Shown here: positions 1-11,836 of the stretch, in pieces
Position numbering within the stretch: position 1 is the stretch's first letter
Layout: every line of letters starts with the position of its first letter
Assembly: GCA_948794795.1 (NCBI GenBank)
Contig: CAQGLR010000014.1
Span: 17,399-81,398, forward strand
Direction: 5' to 3'
Origin: an uncultured Lachnospiraceae bacterium
GTDB taxonomy: Bacteria > Bacillota > Clostridia > Lachnospirales > Lachnospiraceae
DNA length: 64,000 bases
The notes under the pieces: generated by a model
Told to the model about the DNA's origin: nothing
The model's database searches: none
What the model saw: only the letters and a program-made list of their open reading frames with translations
Translations under genes and position numbers: made by a program

Positions 1-2275
1 AGTAAACTTTTTCTAATGCTGTACTTCCAGAAAATGCCTGTGCACCAATACTTATTGTATTTGCAGGGATATTAACTGTACGCAAGCTGGTACAGCCTTT
101 TAATGCACCCGCTTCTATAGCTGATACTGTTTCTGGCACAAATATACTGCTTAAAGAAGTACATCCAGCAAAAACTTCCTCCTCCAGAGCCTGCAGGTGT
201 GAACCCAGGAATACGTCCTCAATAGCAGTACAGCCCTGGAATGCATATGAACCAAGTGAAGCCACTTTATCAAAGAACAAATCACCCTTAATTGCAACAT
301 CCCCCTGGAACGCAGCATTTCCAATATTTTCTACAAACCGTATTTGTAAAAATACAAGCCTGGTGCATCCATTAAATGCATAGTCCCCTATACTGTTTAA
401 ATCTGCTCCTGATTCCATACGCAGTAAATTCTCTGCCTGGCAAAATGCATAACTGCCAATTTCTGTAATCCCCTCTGCTATTTCTATTGTCTGGATACCA
501 GTTTTATAGCTGTCCCATGGGGCAGGGTTCTCTTCTGTAAAACCAGGAATAACTCCAGAACCTGTAAAAGAAATACATCCTGTAGCACCAATATATTGCC
601 AGGAAACTCCATTAAATTCCCCTTCTTCCTGTGTACTATCTTCTGTTCTCCAGTCTGCTATTGTATATTTATCTTTATCCTTCCAGGTGTCCCATCCTGA
701 TGAAGATGGATGCCTGAAAATAATTAAATCCGCTGCATTATATACTATTGCACTTGCAGAATAAGTACTTGGTGCATCTCCTGCAAAAAATATGTTTTTT
801 AAGTTTTTATTACTCTGAATTGAACCATTGTTCATTGTATCAAGTGATGCTGGAAGATACAGTGTTACCAGAGATGTGTTACTTGCTATACAAGAACCTT
901 GCAGTTCCTTTAATGTATCAGGGAATGTATACTCTTTATCTGTTTTTCCCTCTGGATAAAAACATGCTATAGTGCAGTCTTTATTATAAACTACATTATC
1001 CACCGCAGACAAACCAGGATTCTCATCTGATATAGTAATACTTGCAATTGAACTACAACAACTAAAGATATATGCATGTAGATTTTTTAATCCGCTTCCT
1101 ATTGATATTGTTTCCAAAGATTTACACATATAAAAAGCGTTACTTGCTATTGTCTGGACACTGTCAGGAATATTTATTTCTACAATTTTATCACAACTCC
1201 CAAATGCATATTGTTGTATAGTTTCAACATTGCCAGGAATACGTATTTCTTGTACATTATAACAATTATTAAAAGCATGGTCACCAATCTGTTTTATTGT
1301 TTCTGGCAAAGTAATATTTGTCAGATATGTACCACCATTAAAAGAATAAGCATCTATTATCTCTGTACCCTCTTCAATACTAATTTCTGTTTTAGATTTA
1401 ATACGTGCATATGTAATAGTTTTATAGAAATTTCCTGCTTTCATCTCATAAAGGATACCATCTTTTACACTAAAACATGTATTGCCTGCTCCAACCTGGA
1501 TGCTGCTTAACGAACTACATCCATCCAGTACTGCATGCCCTATAACTGTAGTACCTGCTGGTACAGTAAATTCTTTAAGTTTTGTAGATGCAAATGCACG
1601 TGAACCAATAGAAGATACACTGTCTGGAAGCGAAACTGATACCAGTTTTTCACACCTTTCAAATGCTGACTCCCCTATTTCCTCAAGCCCGTCTTCAAAT
1701 TGTATATTTACAATATTATTAGCATAAAATGCTTTTTTGCCAATAGTCTTTATATTTGGTCCTAATGTTATGCTGCCTAAATTAATACACCAATAAAATG
1801 CATTTTCTCCAATATCTGTTAATCCTGCTCCTAATATTGCCTCTTCTAACAGTTCGCATTTGTTAAATGCATCCCGCCCTATAGTTTCCACTGAATCTGG
1901 CAGCGTTACAGACTTAAGGCTTACACATCCCGAAAATGCATAATTCCCAATTGATGTAATCCCATCTGCTATAGATACAGAAAGTATGTGTTCCCTGCTG
2001 TCATACCATGGGCTATGCCCTGATGATATTTCCATTGGTCCGCTGCCCGTAATTTCCAGGTTATAAAATGTGGTTTCCAAAGTTTCATCTGGATTTAACC
2101 CTGGATTAGAAACTTCTGTCAGTTCCCAGTTAATGCTATCCCCAATATTTCCGCTAAGGGGTGCGGCTGGCGTTTCTGCTGCAAAAGCAAACGTCCCACT
2201 AAATGATACAGGAAACATTCCTGCAATTAGTGCGAAAACCAGTAAAAAGCTGATTGTTTTACGTAGTTTTTTCAT
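1..2275 (-). CDS. Secreted BspA-type leucine-rich-repeat surface protein; runs off the window start, so absent from the ORF track
   Basis: Hand translation from ATG 2275 (RBS AAGGAAGG): signal peptide MKKLRKTISFLLVFALIAGMFPVSFSGTFAFA, then many LRR_5-type repeats (e.g. ITSIGNYAFSGCVSLKSVTLPDSVETIGRDAF); open to position 1. Confidence 0.88.
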   Translation of the reverse strand, partial: MKKLRKTISFLLVFALIAGMFPVSFSGTFAFAAETPAAPLSGNIGDSINWELTEVSNPGLNPDETLETTFYNLEITGSGPMEISSGHSPWYDSREHILSVSIADGITSIGNYAFSGCVSLKSVTLPDSVETIGRDAFNKCELLEEAILGAGLTDIGENAFYWCINLGSITLGPNIKTIGKKAFYANNIVNIQFEDGLEEIGESAFERCEKLVSVSLPDSVSSIGSRAFASTKLKEFTVPAGTTVIGHAVLDGCSSLSSIQVGAGNTCFSVKDGILYEMKAGNFYKTITYARIKSKTEISIEEGTEIIDAYSFNGGTYLTNITLPETIKQIGDHAFNNCYNVQEIRIPGNVETIQQYAFGSCDKIVEINIPDSVQTIASNAFYMCKSLETISIGSGLKNLHAYIFSCCSSIASITISDENPGLSAVDNVVYNKDCTIACFYPEGKTDKEYTFPDTLKELQGSCIASNTSLVTLYLPASLDTMNNGSIQSNKNLKNIFFAGDAPSTYSASAIVYNAADLIIFRHPSSSGWDTWKDKDKYTIADWRTEDSTQEEGEFNGVSWQYIGATGCISFTGSGVIPGFTEENPAPWDSYKTGIQTIEIAEGITEIGSYAFCQAENLLRMESGADLNSIGDYAFNGCTRLVFLQIRFVENIGNAAFQGDVAIKGDLFFDKVASLGSYAFQGCTAIEDVFLGSHLQALEEEVFAGCTSLSSIFVPETVSAIEAGALKGCTSLRTVNIPANTISIGAQAFSGSTALEKVY

Positions 2276-2566
2276 GTCCATCCCTTCCTTCCATAAATAA
2301 ATTTTACTTTCCAGAAAGAGTGCAATCCTTATTCTGGTATAAAAAATGGCACACTTCCAGGACTACAACAGTTCCATATTAAACCCATACTATATAATAC
2401 CTGGCAATATAAAAACAGCTTGTATGGGCTTTTATAATAAAAATAAGTGCTAAAAATATCTTTTAAAACTGTTATATACTAACATTTTATATAAGCTACC
2501 TTTAACACTTCTTTGTTGTATTATATCAGACTTGTAAACTTTTACAAGAATAATTATAGGAATTTA

Positions 2567-4381
2567 TTAATTAGTTTTATAGTATTTATCCAGTCTGTTA
2601 TCATCATCAAATAAGTAATTATATTGTACTATTTCATATTCTTTCATTAATTCTGCGTATCTAGTGTTTCTTTCATCCTTGTTATGAAGCTTTCCATCAC
2701 TATCATAACTGCCAGCAGCACTTACTACGGGAAGCTTCTTATATAAATCAAGAAGATACCTGTTAAAATTGCTCATCTTAAGACCCGCCACATCAAGGAA
2801 TATAGAAGAAAGGTAATTTATAGATGCCTGTTCTATAAACAATTCGGGAATATCATAATTAGCCCATATAAGAAATGGTACTTTATATTTTTTCATTGTA
2901 TCTTCCTGTGTAAACTGTAAAGGGTTTTTACCCATTACATCCTGGTAGAATGAATCAGGAAGATGTGGCTGGTGGTCCCCAAATAGAAGTATTATAACAG
3001 GCTCATCTACATTTTTAAAATATGTTACCAGTTGTTTTAATGCATCATCTGACATTTTCATTAGTGACAAATACTGCTCGGGCTGGCTTCCAGCAGCAAA
3101 TGATATCACTTTCACAGGCTCATTAAACTCATACCCTTTATCACTATACGGATTGTGGTTCTGCATTGTTACATTAAATATACAGAGAGATGAACCCTCT
3201 TTTTTATTTTCATACAACTCTTCTATTTTCTTATAGTCTGATAAATCACTTATGTACTCCCTGGCAAGTTCAGGATTATCAAAATCTTCTATAGAAATAA
3301 ACCTGTCAAAATACAGCAATGGATATACCCTGTTCCGGTTATAACCAGAAGGCTTGTATGGGTGTATTGCAACAGCTTCGCTGTATCCTTCCTGTGATTT
3401 TATATTGCTTATAATTGAAGGAAGATAACCGTCCATATACTGCAGGTATGGATTGCCTGGAATAAATACCTTACTGCATCCTGTAAGAAATTCAAACTCT
3501 GAATTAGAGGTATATCCTCCATATACAGAAGACTGTACATATCCCTTTATTGTATTTTCCTCAAGGCTGTCATAGAAAGACAATACATTTTTATCAGTTT
3601 CCATATCACCCAGGACGCGCAAATCAGAAAATGACTCATTCATAATCATTATAATATTAGGGTTCTGTATGTTACTTCTATTACATTTATCATCATTATT
3701 ATAAGCAGATAATATCCTGCCAGCCTCCTCTGCTGAATATCCTGCTGGTTCATCCACTTCTGCTTTGCCTGCATTGGCTACAAAATATAAAAGGTATCCA
3801 TAATCATTTATGCCTATATTATGGTCCCATGTAACAGAACTTACACCCCTGAAAAAATATGTATCAAAATTAATCCACACAATAAATAATACTGAAACAA
3901 TAATTCCCACAAGGGATGCCAGGCATGGTTTCTTATTCCAGTAATGCCTTTCTGCACTTATATCTGGCATAAGGAAACTTGCGGTAATACCTGCAGCAGC
4001 AGCAACACAGCCCGCTGCAAACATATAATCTATATTATATTGGTATTTTCCTGCCACACCAGCAGCAGTCTGGATTGCGTAAAAATCCATAAATACAATG
4101 CCATACCCCCTGAATGATATAACAAAAAAATTAGCTATTCCTACAAGCAGCAACAAAGTACACGAAATTATAAATGCTGTCTTCATTCTATGGAAAATAC
4201 ATAAAAGAATAAGATTTGCAGCCATTATAAGTATTACATTCTTAATAATTATACCCAAAGGAAAACTTAATGCCTGCTTTTTAAAAAATAGTTCCAGATA
4301 TACAAACTCCCAGAAACTTACAACAACAAACAATATAACATTAATAATAATATTTTTAATAATACTCTTTCTATCCTGCAT
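2567..4381 (-). CDS. LTA synthase family / sulfatase-fold membrane protein
   Basis: N-terminal TM helices; PNIIMIMNESF, GGYTSNSEFEFLTG, TMQNH and FGDHQP motifs of the alkaline phosphatase superfamily. Confidence 0.9.
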   Translation of the reverse strand: MQDRKSIIKNIIINVILFVVVSFWEFVYLELFFKKQALSFPLGIIIKNVILIMAANLILLCIFHRMKTAFIISCTLLLLVGIANFFVISFRGYGIVFMDFYAIQTAAGVAGKYQYNIDYMFAAGCVAAAAGITASFLMPDISAERHYWNKKPCLASLVGIIVSVLFIVWINFDTYFFRGVSSVTWDHNIGINDYGYLLYFVANAGKAEVDEPAGYSAEEAGRILSAYNNDDKCNRSNIQNPNIIMIMNESFSDLRVLGDMETDKNVLSFYDSLEENTIKGYVQSSVYGGYTSNSEFEFLTGCSKVFIPGNPYLQYMDGYLPSIISNIKSQEGYSEAVAIHPYKPSGYNRNRVYPLLYFDRFISIEDFDNPELAREYISDLSDYKKIEELYENKKEGSSLCIFNVTMQNHNPYSDKGYEFNEPVKVISFAAGSQPEQYLSLMKMSDDALKQLVTYFKNVDEPVIILLFGDHQPHLPDSFYQDVMGKNPLQFTQEDTMKKYKVPFLIWANYDIPELFIEQASINYLSSIFLDVAGLKMSNFNRYLLDLYKKLPVVSAAGSYDSDGKLHNKDERNTRYAELMKEYEIVQYNYLFDDDNRLDKYYKTN

Positions 4382-4491
4382 TTAATCCACCTCACATCCA
4401 AAAGCACAATAGCCATATGCCAGAAACAAGACACCAGTTATGTAACCAGCTGCCTGTAAATGTAAAACTGTCCCAATCTGGTATACAATAG

Positions 4492-4527
4492 AAAACAGGT
4501 TCTTTAAATACTGTTTTAAAGAACCTG
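4492..4527 (-). terminator. Intrinsic terminator after htrA
   Basis: CAGGTTCTTTAAA / TTTAAAGAACCTG stem followed by a T-run on the minus strand. Confidence 0.7.
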
Positions 4528-4562
4528 CCTTGTATTAATAATATTAATTATCTACTGCACTT

Positions 4563-6308
4563 TTAATTTGAAAATGGGTTTGAGAAAGGATTAGAGAAAA
4601 ATCCTCCAAAATCATCATCTCCCTGGCTGTCATCTCCCTGGTTCCCATTGTTCCCATAATTCCCATTATCCTGGTTACTATTGCCTGCAGTCCCGTTATC
4701 AGACAATCCATCAAGTGATTCTGCACCCTGTAACTTTACTGTTAATTTCTGTTCCTCATAATTACCATTGTTGCTGCGCTGGAATGTAATCTCAATTTCA
4801 GTCCCTTTACGGTAGCCGCCTACTTTTTCTACAAGGCTTTCCTTAGTAGTTACTTCCATATTATTAATACAGGTAATAATATCACCAACTTTTAAACCTG
4901 CCTTATCTGCTGCGCCTCCTTTGGAAATTTCAGCTATATATACACCATTTGGAATATTATAAGCACTTACTTCTTCTGTTACTGTCTTTACACTTACGCC
5001 AAGATATCCTTTCTCACTATCAGATAATTCTTCTTTATTCATAAGTTCATCAATAATTGGTGTTGCTACTGAAATTGGTATTGCATATCCAACCCCTTCA
5101 ACTGACGAATCTGCTATTTTAGCAGAATTTATACCTATTACCTGCCCTTGCAGGTTAAGAAGTGCGCCGCCGCTGTTGCCAGGGTTTATTGCCGCATCTG
5201 TCTGGATTGCTTTAATCTTATTAACCACACCACTGTTCCTGTCAGGCTCTTCTGTAATTTCCCTGTCTTTGGCACTTATATAACCAACTGTAACAGATTG
5301 TCCATATCCCAGTGAATTACCTATTGCAATAGCCATCTCACCAACTCTTAAACTTTCAGAACTTCCAAGGTCTGCTATTTTAATCTGGTCCATTGTAGCA
5401 GATTTAATATCTTTTAATTTAACTGCTATAACTGCAAGGTCATTGCTTGCAGCTGTACCTTTAACTGTTGCTTCATAGACCTCATCATCTATAAACTGTA
5501 CAGAAATTGTCTTGGCACCATCTATTACATGGTTATTGGTTGCTATAAGCAGTTCTTTTTCATTCTGCCCTACTATAAACCCTGAACCACATCCTACCTC
5601 ATCCTGCTGGTAACGCTGTCCAAATAAATCATAGTAATTAGTCCCCTCAGAAGTACTTGTTATCGCTACAATAGCTGGCATTGTCTGTTCAACAATTCCT
5701 GATACATCAGTAACTGTGCCTGCAACTGCTGGTACAGATGTACTTTTGCTTGTAGTAGTCTTGTCAGAACTATTGTCTGTGGTAGTTCCAAGCTTTTTTG
5801 TATTGCTTGCTGTTATACCAAGCACATTACCTGATAAATAATGTACTGCCTCAAAACATACACCTGCAACAATTCCAAATAATACTGCACATGCTACTGT
5901 TATAAGTATTTTCCTGCCTGTACCACCATTACTTTTCTTATTATTGCTGGTATTACTGTACTGGCTGTTATTATAATTATCATTGTTATAACTGTTGTTA
6001 TTATAACCATTGCTGTTATAAGCACTGTTGTTATAATTATCCTGGCTGCTACTGCTATAGCTGCTTCCATATGCTGGCTGTGGGACACTGTCTGTTTCCC
6101 GTTGTGATGTTTCCTCCTGTTGTGTATCCCCGCTATTGCTGTCTGCACTGTTACGCCCTGCATAATAGTCACCTGAATGAGTCACACTATTATCACCATC
6201 TTTATACGAATAGCTGTAAACAGATGTATCTGGAGGATTTCCGCCCTCAACGGAATTGCCATACTCACCAGTATAAGAATTCTGGCTTTTGTTATTATTA
6301 TCTTCCAT
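4563..6308 (-). CDS. htrA: HtrA/DegP-family serine protease with PDZ domain
   Basis: TNNHV, DLAVI and TDAAINPGNSGGAL catalytic motifs; one TM helix; C-terminal PDZ; N/S-rich low-complexity N-terminus. Confidence 0.92.
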   Translation of the reverse strand: MEDNNNKSQNSYTGEYGNSVEGGNPPDTSVYSYSYKDGDNSVTHSGDYYAGRNSADSNSGDTQQEETSQRETDSVPQPAYGSSYSSSSQDNYNNSAYNSNGYNNNSYNNDNYNNSQYSNTSNNKKSNGGTGRKILITVACAVLFGIVAGVCFEAVHYLSGNVLGITASNTKKLGTTTDNSSDKTTTSKSTSVPAVAGTVTDVSGIVEQTMPAIVAITSTSEGTNYYDLFGQRYQQDEVGCGSGFIVGQNEKELLIATNNHVIDGAKTISVQFIDDEVYEATVKGTAASNDLAVIAVKLKDIKSATMDQIKIADLGSSESLRVGEMAIAIGNSLGYGQSVTVGYISAKDREITEEPDRNSGVVNKIKAIQTDAAINPGNSGGALLNLQGQVIGINSAKIADSSVEGVGYAIPISVATPIIDELMNKEELSDSEKGYLGVSVKTVTEEVSAYNIPNGVYIAEISKGGAADKAGLKVGDIITCINNMEVTTKESLVEKVGGYRKGTEIEITFQRSNNGNYEEQKLTVKLQGAESLDGLSDNGTAGNSNQDNGNYGNNGNQGDDSQGDDDFGGFFSNPFSNPFSN

Positions 6309-6515
6309 AGTTATTCCCTCTTATCTTTCTATATACATATACTTATACTGCAATTATTATATCAATTATTAATGAGTTTAACAACTTTTTGTGTAGAAGT
6401 TGTGAAAAAGAAATTAATTTATGATTATTTTATTGCGAAAAAGGAACTTAACAGCTATAATAAATAAACGATTGCAAATGAAAATAGTAAACTGCTATAA
6501 GGAGAAGGTGAAGAC

Positions 6516-7949
6516 TTGATTCGTGAAAACCAGAAATTGCTTAATATAATGCATATTATAATTGATGCTGTAATTATAGCATTTTCATTTATACTAGCTT
6601 ACATGTTAAGATTTGATGATACATGGAGCCCCCTTATTAAATACAATATTATAAAACCTCCATTTGGTTATTATAAATCACTTGAAGAATACCGCAACAT
6701 GCTTATAATGCTTATTCCATGTTATATTATTATCTATTATTTATGTGGCATGTACGACCCAAAACGTACATCTGGAAGGCGTTCAGAGCTTTTCAGCCTT
6801 ATAAAGGCTAGTATTGGTGGTATGCTTTATACAGTTGCTATACTATACTTCCTTTTAAGGGAAAATAACTATGCACGTCTTTTCCTTGGAATATTTGTTA
6901 TATTAAATATAACAATCGACTATATGTTCAGGCTGGTTGTAATAAAAATACTGCGCAATATGAGAAGGGCAGGCAAAAACCTTAAACATATACTGATTGT
7001 AGGCTACAGCCGTACTGCCAGGGGATATATTGACAGGTTAAGGGTGCATCCTGAATGGGGGTATTCAATACATGGAATGCTTGATGACAACCAGCCAGAA
7101 GGGACAACATACCGCCATGTACAGGTTATTGGCACAATGGACAAGCTTCCTGGGCTGCTGGCATCCAATGAATATGATGAAATAGCAATAACACTTGGTA
7201 TTGATGACTATGGCAAACTTGAGAAAATTGTTGGTATTTGTGAAAAATCTGGTGTACACACAAAGTTTATACCAGACTACAACAATATTATACCTACAAA
7301 GCCATATACAGAAGACCTTGATGGTATTCCTGTTATACATGTAAGACATGTACCATTAAGTTCTTCATTTAACAAGGTACTAAAAAGATGTGTTGATATA
7401 TTTGGCTCACTTGTTGCAATTATAATATTCTGTATACCAATGCTCGCTACTGCACTTATTATTAAACTGACATCCCCAGGCCCTCTTATTTTTAAACAGA
7501 AAAGAATAGGGCTTCATAACAGGGAATTTTCAATTTATAAATTCCGCTCTATGAAGGTGCAGGAAGAACATAAAGAGAAAAAGGCATGGACTACAGAAAA
7601 TGACCCACGTGTTACTAAGTTTGGCAGGTTTATGCGCAAAACAAATATTGATGAACTGCCACAGCTTTTTAATGTGTTAAAAGGTGATATGAGCCTGGTA
7701 GGGCCAAGGCCTGAGCGTCCGTATTTTGTAGATAAATTCAAAGAAGAGATACCAAGGTACATGGTTAAACACCAGGTACGCCCTGGAATGACTGGATGGG
7801 CACAGGTAAATGGCTACAGGGGCGACACATCAATAACAAAACGTATTGAATGTGATTTGTATTATGTTGAGAACTGGTCAATGTTCTTGGATTTTAAAAT
7901 ACTTTTTCTCACATTCTTTGGCAACAAGGTAAATAAAAATGCATATTAA
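6516..7949 (+). CDS. Undecaprenyl-phosphate glucose phosphotransferase (WcaJ/CpsE family)
   Basis: TM helices, CoA-binding-like region, [27 protein letters not shown] and [12 protein letters not shown]. Confidence 0.92.
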   Translation: MIRENQKLLNIMHIIIDAVIIAFSFILAYMLRFDDTWSPLIKYNIIKPPFGYYKSLEEYRNMLIMLIPCYIIIYYLCGMYDPKRTSGRRSELFSLIKASIGGMLYTVAILYFLLRENNYARLFLGIFVILNITIDYMFRLVVIKILRNMRRAGKNLKHILIVGYSRTARGYIDRLRVHPEWGYSIHGMLDDNQPEGTTYRHVQVIGTMDKLPGLLASNEYDEIAITLGIDDYGKLEKIVGICEKSGVHTKFIPDYNNIIPTKPYTEDLDGIPVIHVRHVPLSSSFNKVLKRCVDIFGSLVAIIIFCIPMLATALIIKLTSPGPLIFKQKRIGLHNREFSIYKFRSMKVQEEHKEKKAWTTENDPRVTKFGRFMRKTNIDELPQLFNVLKGDMSLVGPRPERPYFVDKFKEEIPRYMVKHQVRPGMTGWAQVNGYRGDTSITKRIECDLYYVENWSMFLDFKILFLTFFGNKVNKNAY

Positions 7950-7963
7950 CCAGGAGGCTTATA

Positions 7964-9535
7964 TTGAAAATACGTGGCAGGCTTATTGCCGCTTTCCTTA
8001 TAATAACACTTTTTCCACTTTGCGCAGGTGCTGTAAGTTTTCATAAAACAATACAGGAACAGACAGATTCATTAATAAACCATTACAGCGCAGACCCTGG
8101 AATACATGAAGATTATGGACTTGTACTAAACCCTCTGAGGGTTTTATACAGTATAACACTTGAAGATTTTAACGCTGTTGCAGGTATTGCAGACCACCAT
8201 CCAGATGAACTTATGGATAAAGATATCCTTGATATGCTTACAAGCAACCTTGCAACCAGGGATACTTTTATTGTTGTAAGACATGGCCGGGATGAATTTT
8301 ATATTGGGGATAATAAATGTTATGAAAAAGTCCCTTCACTTCCCTATTTTACGGAGTATACAGAAGGAAATAATAATAATATATGTATTAACACACAAAA
8401 TTCCCTTCTTATACGTGAAAAAGATTTTTATTTTACGGATAATACTGAAGGACAGGTTTTTCTTATAACTGATTTATCAAAACTTATGCCGTACTGGAAA
8501 GACTCTGTTTTAAAAATTTTGTTTTATTTCTTTTCAATTATTGTTTTAACAGGAATGGTGCTTATACTTTGGCTATACCATAGTATAGCCAGGCCATTAA
8601 ATATACTTCATATTGCCACGATGCAGATAGGTACTGGAAACCTTGACAGCCCTGTGCGGGTAACATCTTCTGATGAAATCGGTGAACTTTGCCGTGATTT
8701 TGAAGAAATGCGCATACGCTTAAAATCAATACTTGAAGAAAGAATAAAATATGAACAGGATACACGTGAAATGATGGGCAGCATATCACATGACTTAAAA
8801 ACTCCTATTACAGCAATTAAAGGTTATGCTGAGGGCCTTCTTGACGGTGTGGCAGCAACTCCTGATAAACAGGATAAATACTTAAGGACAATTATTGCTA
8901 AAGCTGTAGATATGGCTTACCTGGTAGATGAGTTATCACTTTTTGCCAAAATAGAACAAAATGCACTTCCATATAATTTTACTATTTTAAATGTTGGCGT
9001 ATATTTTGATGACTGTATTGACGATATTTCGCTTGACCTGGAATCACATAATATTAAAATTATATATGAAAACTATACTTCACCAGATACTTTTATAACA
9101 GCTGACCCTGAACAGCTTAAGCGTGTTATTAACAATATTACTGGTAATTCTGTTAAATATATGGATAAAAGTGAAGGTACTGTAAAGATAACAATCAAAG
9201 ATGTTATCCCGCCTCCTGTTTCCCCTCCACTGTACCGCCAGATTAATGCAGATGGCACAGATGTAATACCACCAAAAGCACAGGAGGAATTTATACAGAT
9301 AGAAATATCTGATAATGGTCCTGGCATTGATAAAAGAGACCTTCCTTTTATATTTGACCATTTTTACCGGGCTGATGCTTCACGCAATTCTTCTAAAGGG
9401 GGCAGCGGGCTTGGGCTTGCGATTGTACAAAAGATTATATCCGACCACAATGGCAGGATATGGGCTTCAAGCACTTGTGGCAAGGGTACTTCTATATATT
9501 TTACACTTAAGAAAAAAAGAAGTAATAAGATATAA
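7964..9535 (+). CDS. HAMP-domain sensor histidine kinase
   Basis: Two TM helices, HAMP, H-box SHDLKTP, DNGPGI and GGSGLGL ATPase boxes. Confidence 0.92.
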   Translation: MKIRGRLIAAFLIITLFPLCAGAVSFHKTIQEQTDSLINHYSADPGIHEDYGLVLNPLRVLYSITLEDFNAVAGIADHHPDELMDKDILDMLTSNLATRDTFIVVRHGRDEFYIGDNKCYEKVPSLPYFTEYTEGNNNNICINTQNSLLIREKDFYFTDNTEGQVFLITDLSKLMPYWKDSVLKILFYFFSIIVLTGMVLILWLYHSIARPLNILHIATMQIGTGNLDSPVRVTSSDEIGELCRDFEEMRIRLKSILEERIKYEQDTREMMGSISHDLKTPITAIKGYAEGLLDGVAATPDKQDKYLRTIIAKAVDMAYLVDELSLFAKIEQNALPYNFTILNVGVYFDDCIDDISLDLESHNIKIIYENYTSPDTFITADPEQLKRVINNITGNSVKYMDKSEGTVKITIKDVIPPPVSPPLYRQINADGTDVIPPKAQEEFIQIEISDNGPGIDKRDLPFIFDHFYRADASRNSSKGGSGLGLAIVQKIISDHNGRIWASSTCGKGTSIYFTLKKKRSNKI

Positions 9536-9564
9536 AACTAACTATTGTTTATGGAGGAATATTT

Positions 9565-10254
9565 ATGAATAAAATACTTATTATTGAAGATGAATCTTCT
9601 ATTGCAGAACTTGAAAAAGATTACCTGGAATTAAGTGATTTTGAAGTAGTTATAGAATCTGATGGAAGTTCTGGTGCAGCACATGCGATTGATGAGGATT
9701 TTGACCTTATTATCCTTGACCTTATGCTTCCTGGTATGGACGGCTTTGAAATATGCAGCCTTATAAGGGAGAAAAAGAATACCCCTATTATTATCGTTTC
9801 TGCCAAAAAGGATGATATTGACAAGATAAGGGGTCTGGGAATTGGTGCTGATGATTATATGACTAAACCTTTCAGCCCTAGTGAACTTGTTGCAAGGGTA
9901 AAGGCGCATCTTGCACGTTATAAACGCCTTACAGCTGCTGGCACTAAGGAAAATGAAATTATTGAAATACGCGGGCTTAAGATTGACAGGACTGCACGCC
10001 GTGTTTATATTAATGGTGAAGAAAAAAGCTTTACCACTAAAGAGTTTGATTTGCTGGCATTCCTTGCACAAAATCCTAACCACGTTTATTCTAAAGAAGA
10101 ACTCTTTAAAGAAATATGGGAACTGGAATCCGTTGGGGATATTGCAACTGTTACTGTACATATTAAAAAAATACGTGAAAAAATTGAGGAGTCAACAGCT
10201 AAACCACAGTATATTGAAACAATATGGGGGGTTGGATACCGGTTTAAAATGTAA
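9565..10254 (+). CDS. OmpR-family response regulator
   Basis: Receiver domain (IIEDE, LDLMLP, KPFSP) plus winged helix ending ETIWGVGYRF. Confidence 0.94.
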   Translation: MNKILIIEDESSIAELEKDYLELSDFEVVIESDGSSGAAHAIDEDFDLIILDLMLPGMDGFEICSLIREKKNTPIIIVSAKKDDIDKIRGLGIGADDYMTKPFSPSELVARVKAHLARYKRLTAAGTKENEIIEIRGLKIDRTARRVYINGEEKSFTTKEFDLLAFLAQNPNHVYSKEELFKEIWELESVGDIATVTVHIKKIREKIEESTAKPQYIETIWGVGYRFKM

Positions 10255-10271
10255 AAATACAGGTTCTTGGG

Positions 10272-10413
10272 AAGCAGCGGTTAATTATTTTACACTATGC
10301 GGCACGCTTCCGCTTAATGAAAAACGCAGCAGTGCATAACCCCTTAAAATACAAGGGCTAAGCACTGGCGTTTTTCAATAGCCGCCTTGTGTAAAATAAT
10401 TAACCCGCTGCTT
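10272..10413. repeat. Palindromic element J (short member of the structured-repeat family)
   Basis: Long imperfect hairpin AAGCAGCGGTTAATTATTTTACAC...GTGTAAAATAATTAACCCGCTGCTT enclosing CGCTTCCGCT...CGCAGCAGTGCATA...AAGCACTGGCG. Confidence 0.8.
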
Positions 10414-10556
10414 TTCAATATACTCTTTAATTTCCATATATAACCCATTATTCCATATAATATATTTTTACGGCTCTGGTAAAAATTGTTTACTGTTATT
10501 TTATATAAAAATAAACCAGGCATAAGACAAGACCCTGGTTTCTATCTGGGCAGAAT

Positions 10557-10596
10557 ACCCTGGCATATTTAAAATCTGTTTTTAAATTGCCAGGGT
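10557..10596. terminator. Hairpin between convergent genes, probable terminator
   Basis: ACCCTGGCA...TTTAAAA / TTTTAAA...TGCCAGGGT. Confidence 0.5.
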
Positions 10597-10641
10597 TAAT
10601 AAATTTACGGATTTTTTAATGTCCAAATTTTTAGATATACT

Positions 10642-11520
10642 TTAAGACTGGCGTCCATATGTATAAATTTTACAATACTTTTTCATTTCTTTTGCTACAT
10701 AATCAACCTGTTCATTTGAAGTGCTTCCACAAATAGTAAAACCTTCTGCTTTGCTTCCTTTGAATACTTCAAATCCTTTTGTAGTTTCTGGTGAAATACC
10801 TGGTTCTTTCAGGTTTTTACAACCTTTATATAATGATAAATCCTTTACAGGATAAATAAATTCTTTAAGATTTTTAAATTTGTCCAGTCCAATAAGGCCT
10901 TCTTCATTTGCTGCTGGTTTTAAAAGACGGAATTTAACCAGGTTTGGAAGCATTTTAAGGAAATCCAGGTTATCCAGGCTATGCCGGTTTAAATCAAGTA
11001 TTCTTAATTCTGGCAGCTCTCCAATAAATGTACAACTATGTAAATCCATATTATCAATTTCAAGAGTACGCAGATTTCTAAACACAGTTATATCTTCTGG
11101 TTTGATATCTGTTACATTTCCAAGATTAAGTCTTTTTAACGTTTTTATTCCCTTTAATTCTAATAAACCTTCTGCACTCATACGGTTCAAGTTTATTCTT
11201 GAAAGTGCTGGTGCTTTAGAAAGTGCTGCCAGGTCTTCGCCATCAAAAGTACAATTTGCAAAACTAAGCCTTTTGAGATATGGTATCTTAGCCAGAACAC
11301 TTATATTTGATAACTTGCAGTTACAAAAACTGGCTTCATTTAAATTTTTCATATAAGCAAATGGTCCACAATCTACATTATGGTCAAAAATAACTATATG
11401 TTTTTCTTGTTCAAAATATTTTAATGGTACATATAATTCCCCGTTCTTGTTTTTCTTAATCTCTTCACTATAATGTTCTTTCCAAAATCCCTCTGCCAGA
11501 TATTTTTCTATATTTTCCAT
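10642..11520 (-). CDS. Leucine-rich-repeat protein (no signal peptide seen)
   Basis: Repeated LxxLxL motifs (LKRLSFA, LKRLNLG, LRTLEID, LRILDLN); RBS GGAGG. Confidence 0.8.
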   Translation of the reverse strand: MENIEKYLAEGFWKEHYSEEIKKNKNGELYVPLKYFEQEKHIVIFDHNVDCGPFAYMKNLNEASFCNCKLSNISVLAKIPYLKRLSFANCTFDGEDLAALSKAPALSRINLNRMSAEGLLELKGIKTLKRLNLGNVTDIKPEDITVFRNLRTLEIDNMDLHSCTFIGELPELRILDLNRHSLDNLDFLKMLPNLVKFRLLKPAANEEGLIGLDKFKNLKEFIYPVKDLSLYKGCKNLKEPGISPETTKGFEVFKGSKAEGFTICGSTSNEQVDYVAKEMKKYCKIYTYGRQS

Positions 11521-11836
11521 ATTAATCCTCCATGCCAGGTTTTACACAGCTCAAATAGTATGACGGATAAATCCGTTTTTGAAAAATAATAGTTTTACAT
11601 TTTTCCTGTACAAAATTTAATACATATTGGACAGCATTCTTTACTAAATTAAATATATTTTCTATACTATGCCTTCTTGTATATATTTGGTATATTGTAT
11701 CATGTTATTTTTAAAGAAACAATACAATCATCTCCAAATTCAGGACAAACACATAAATGGACAATTTGTAAACGAACCACTCCTATAAAAGCTTTTTTAG
11801 TATACTATTTTGATTTTATCAAATTTTTTACTTTAT

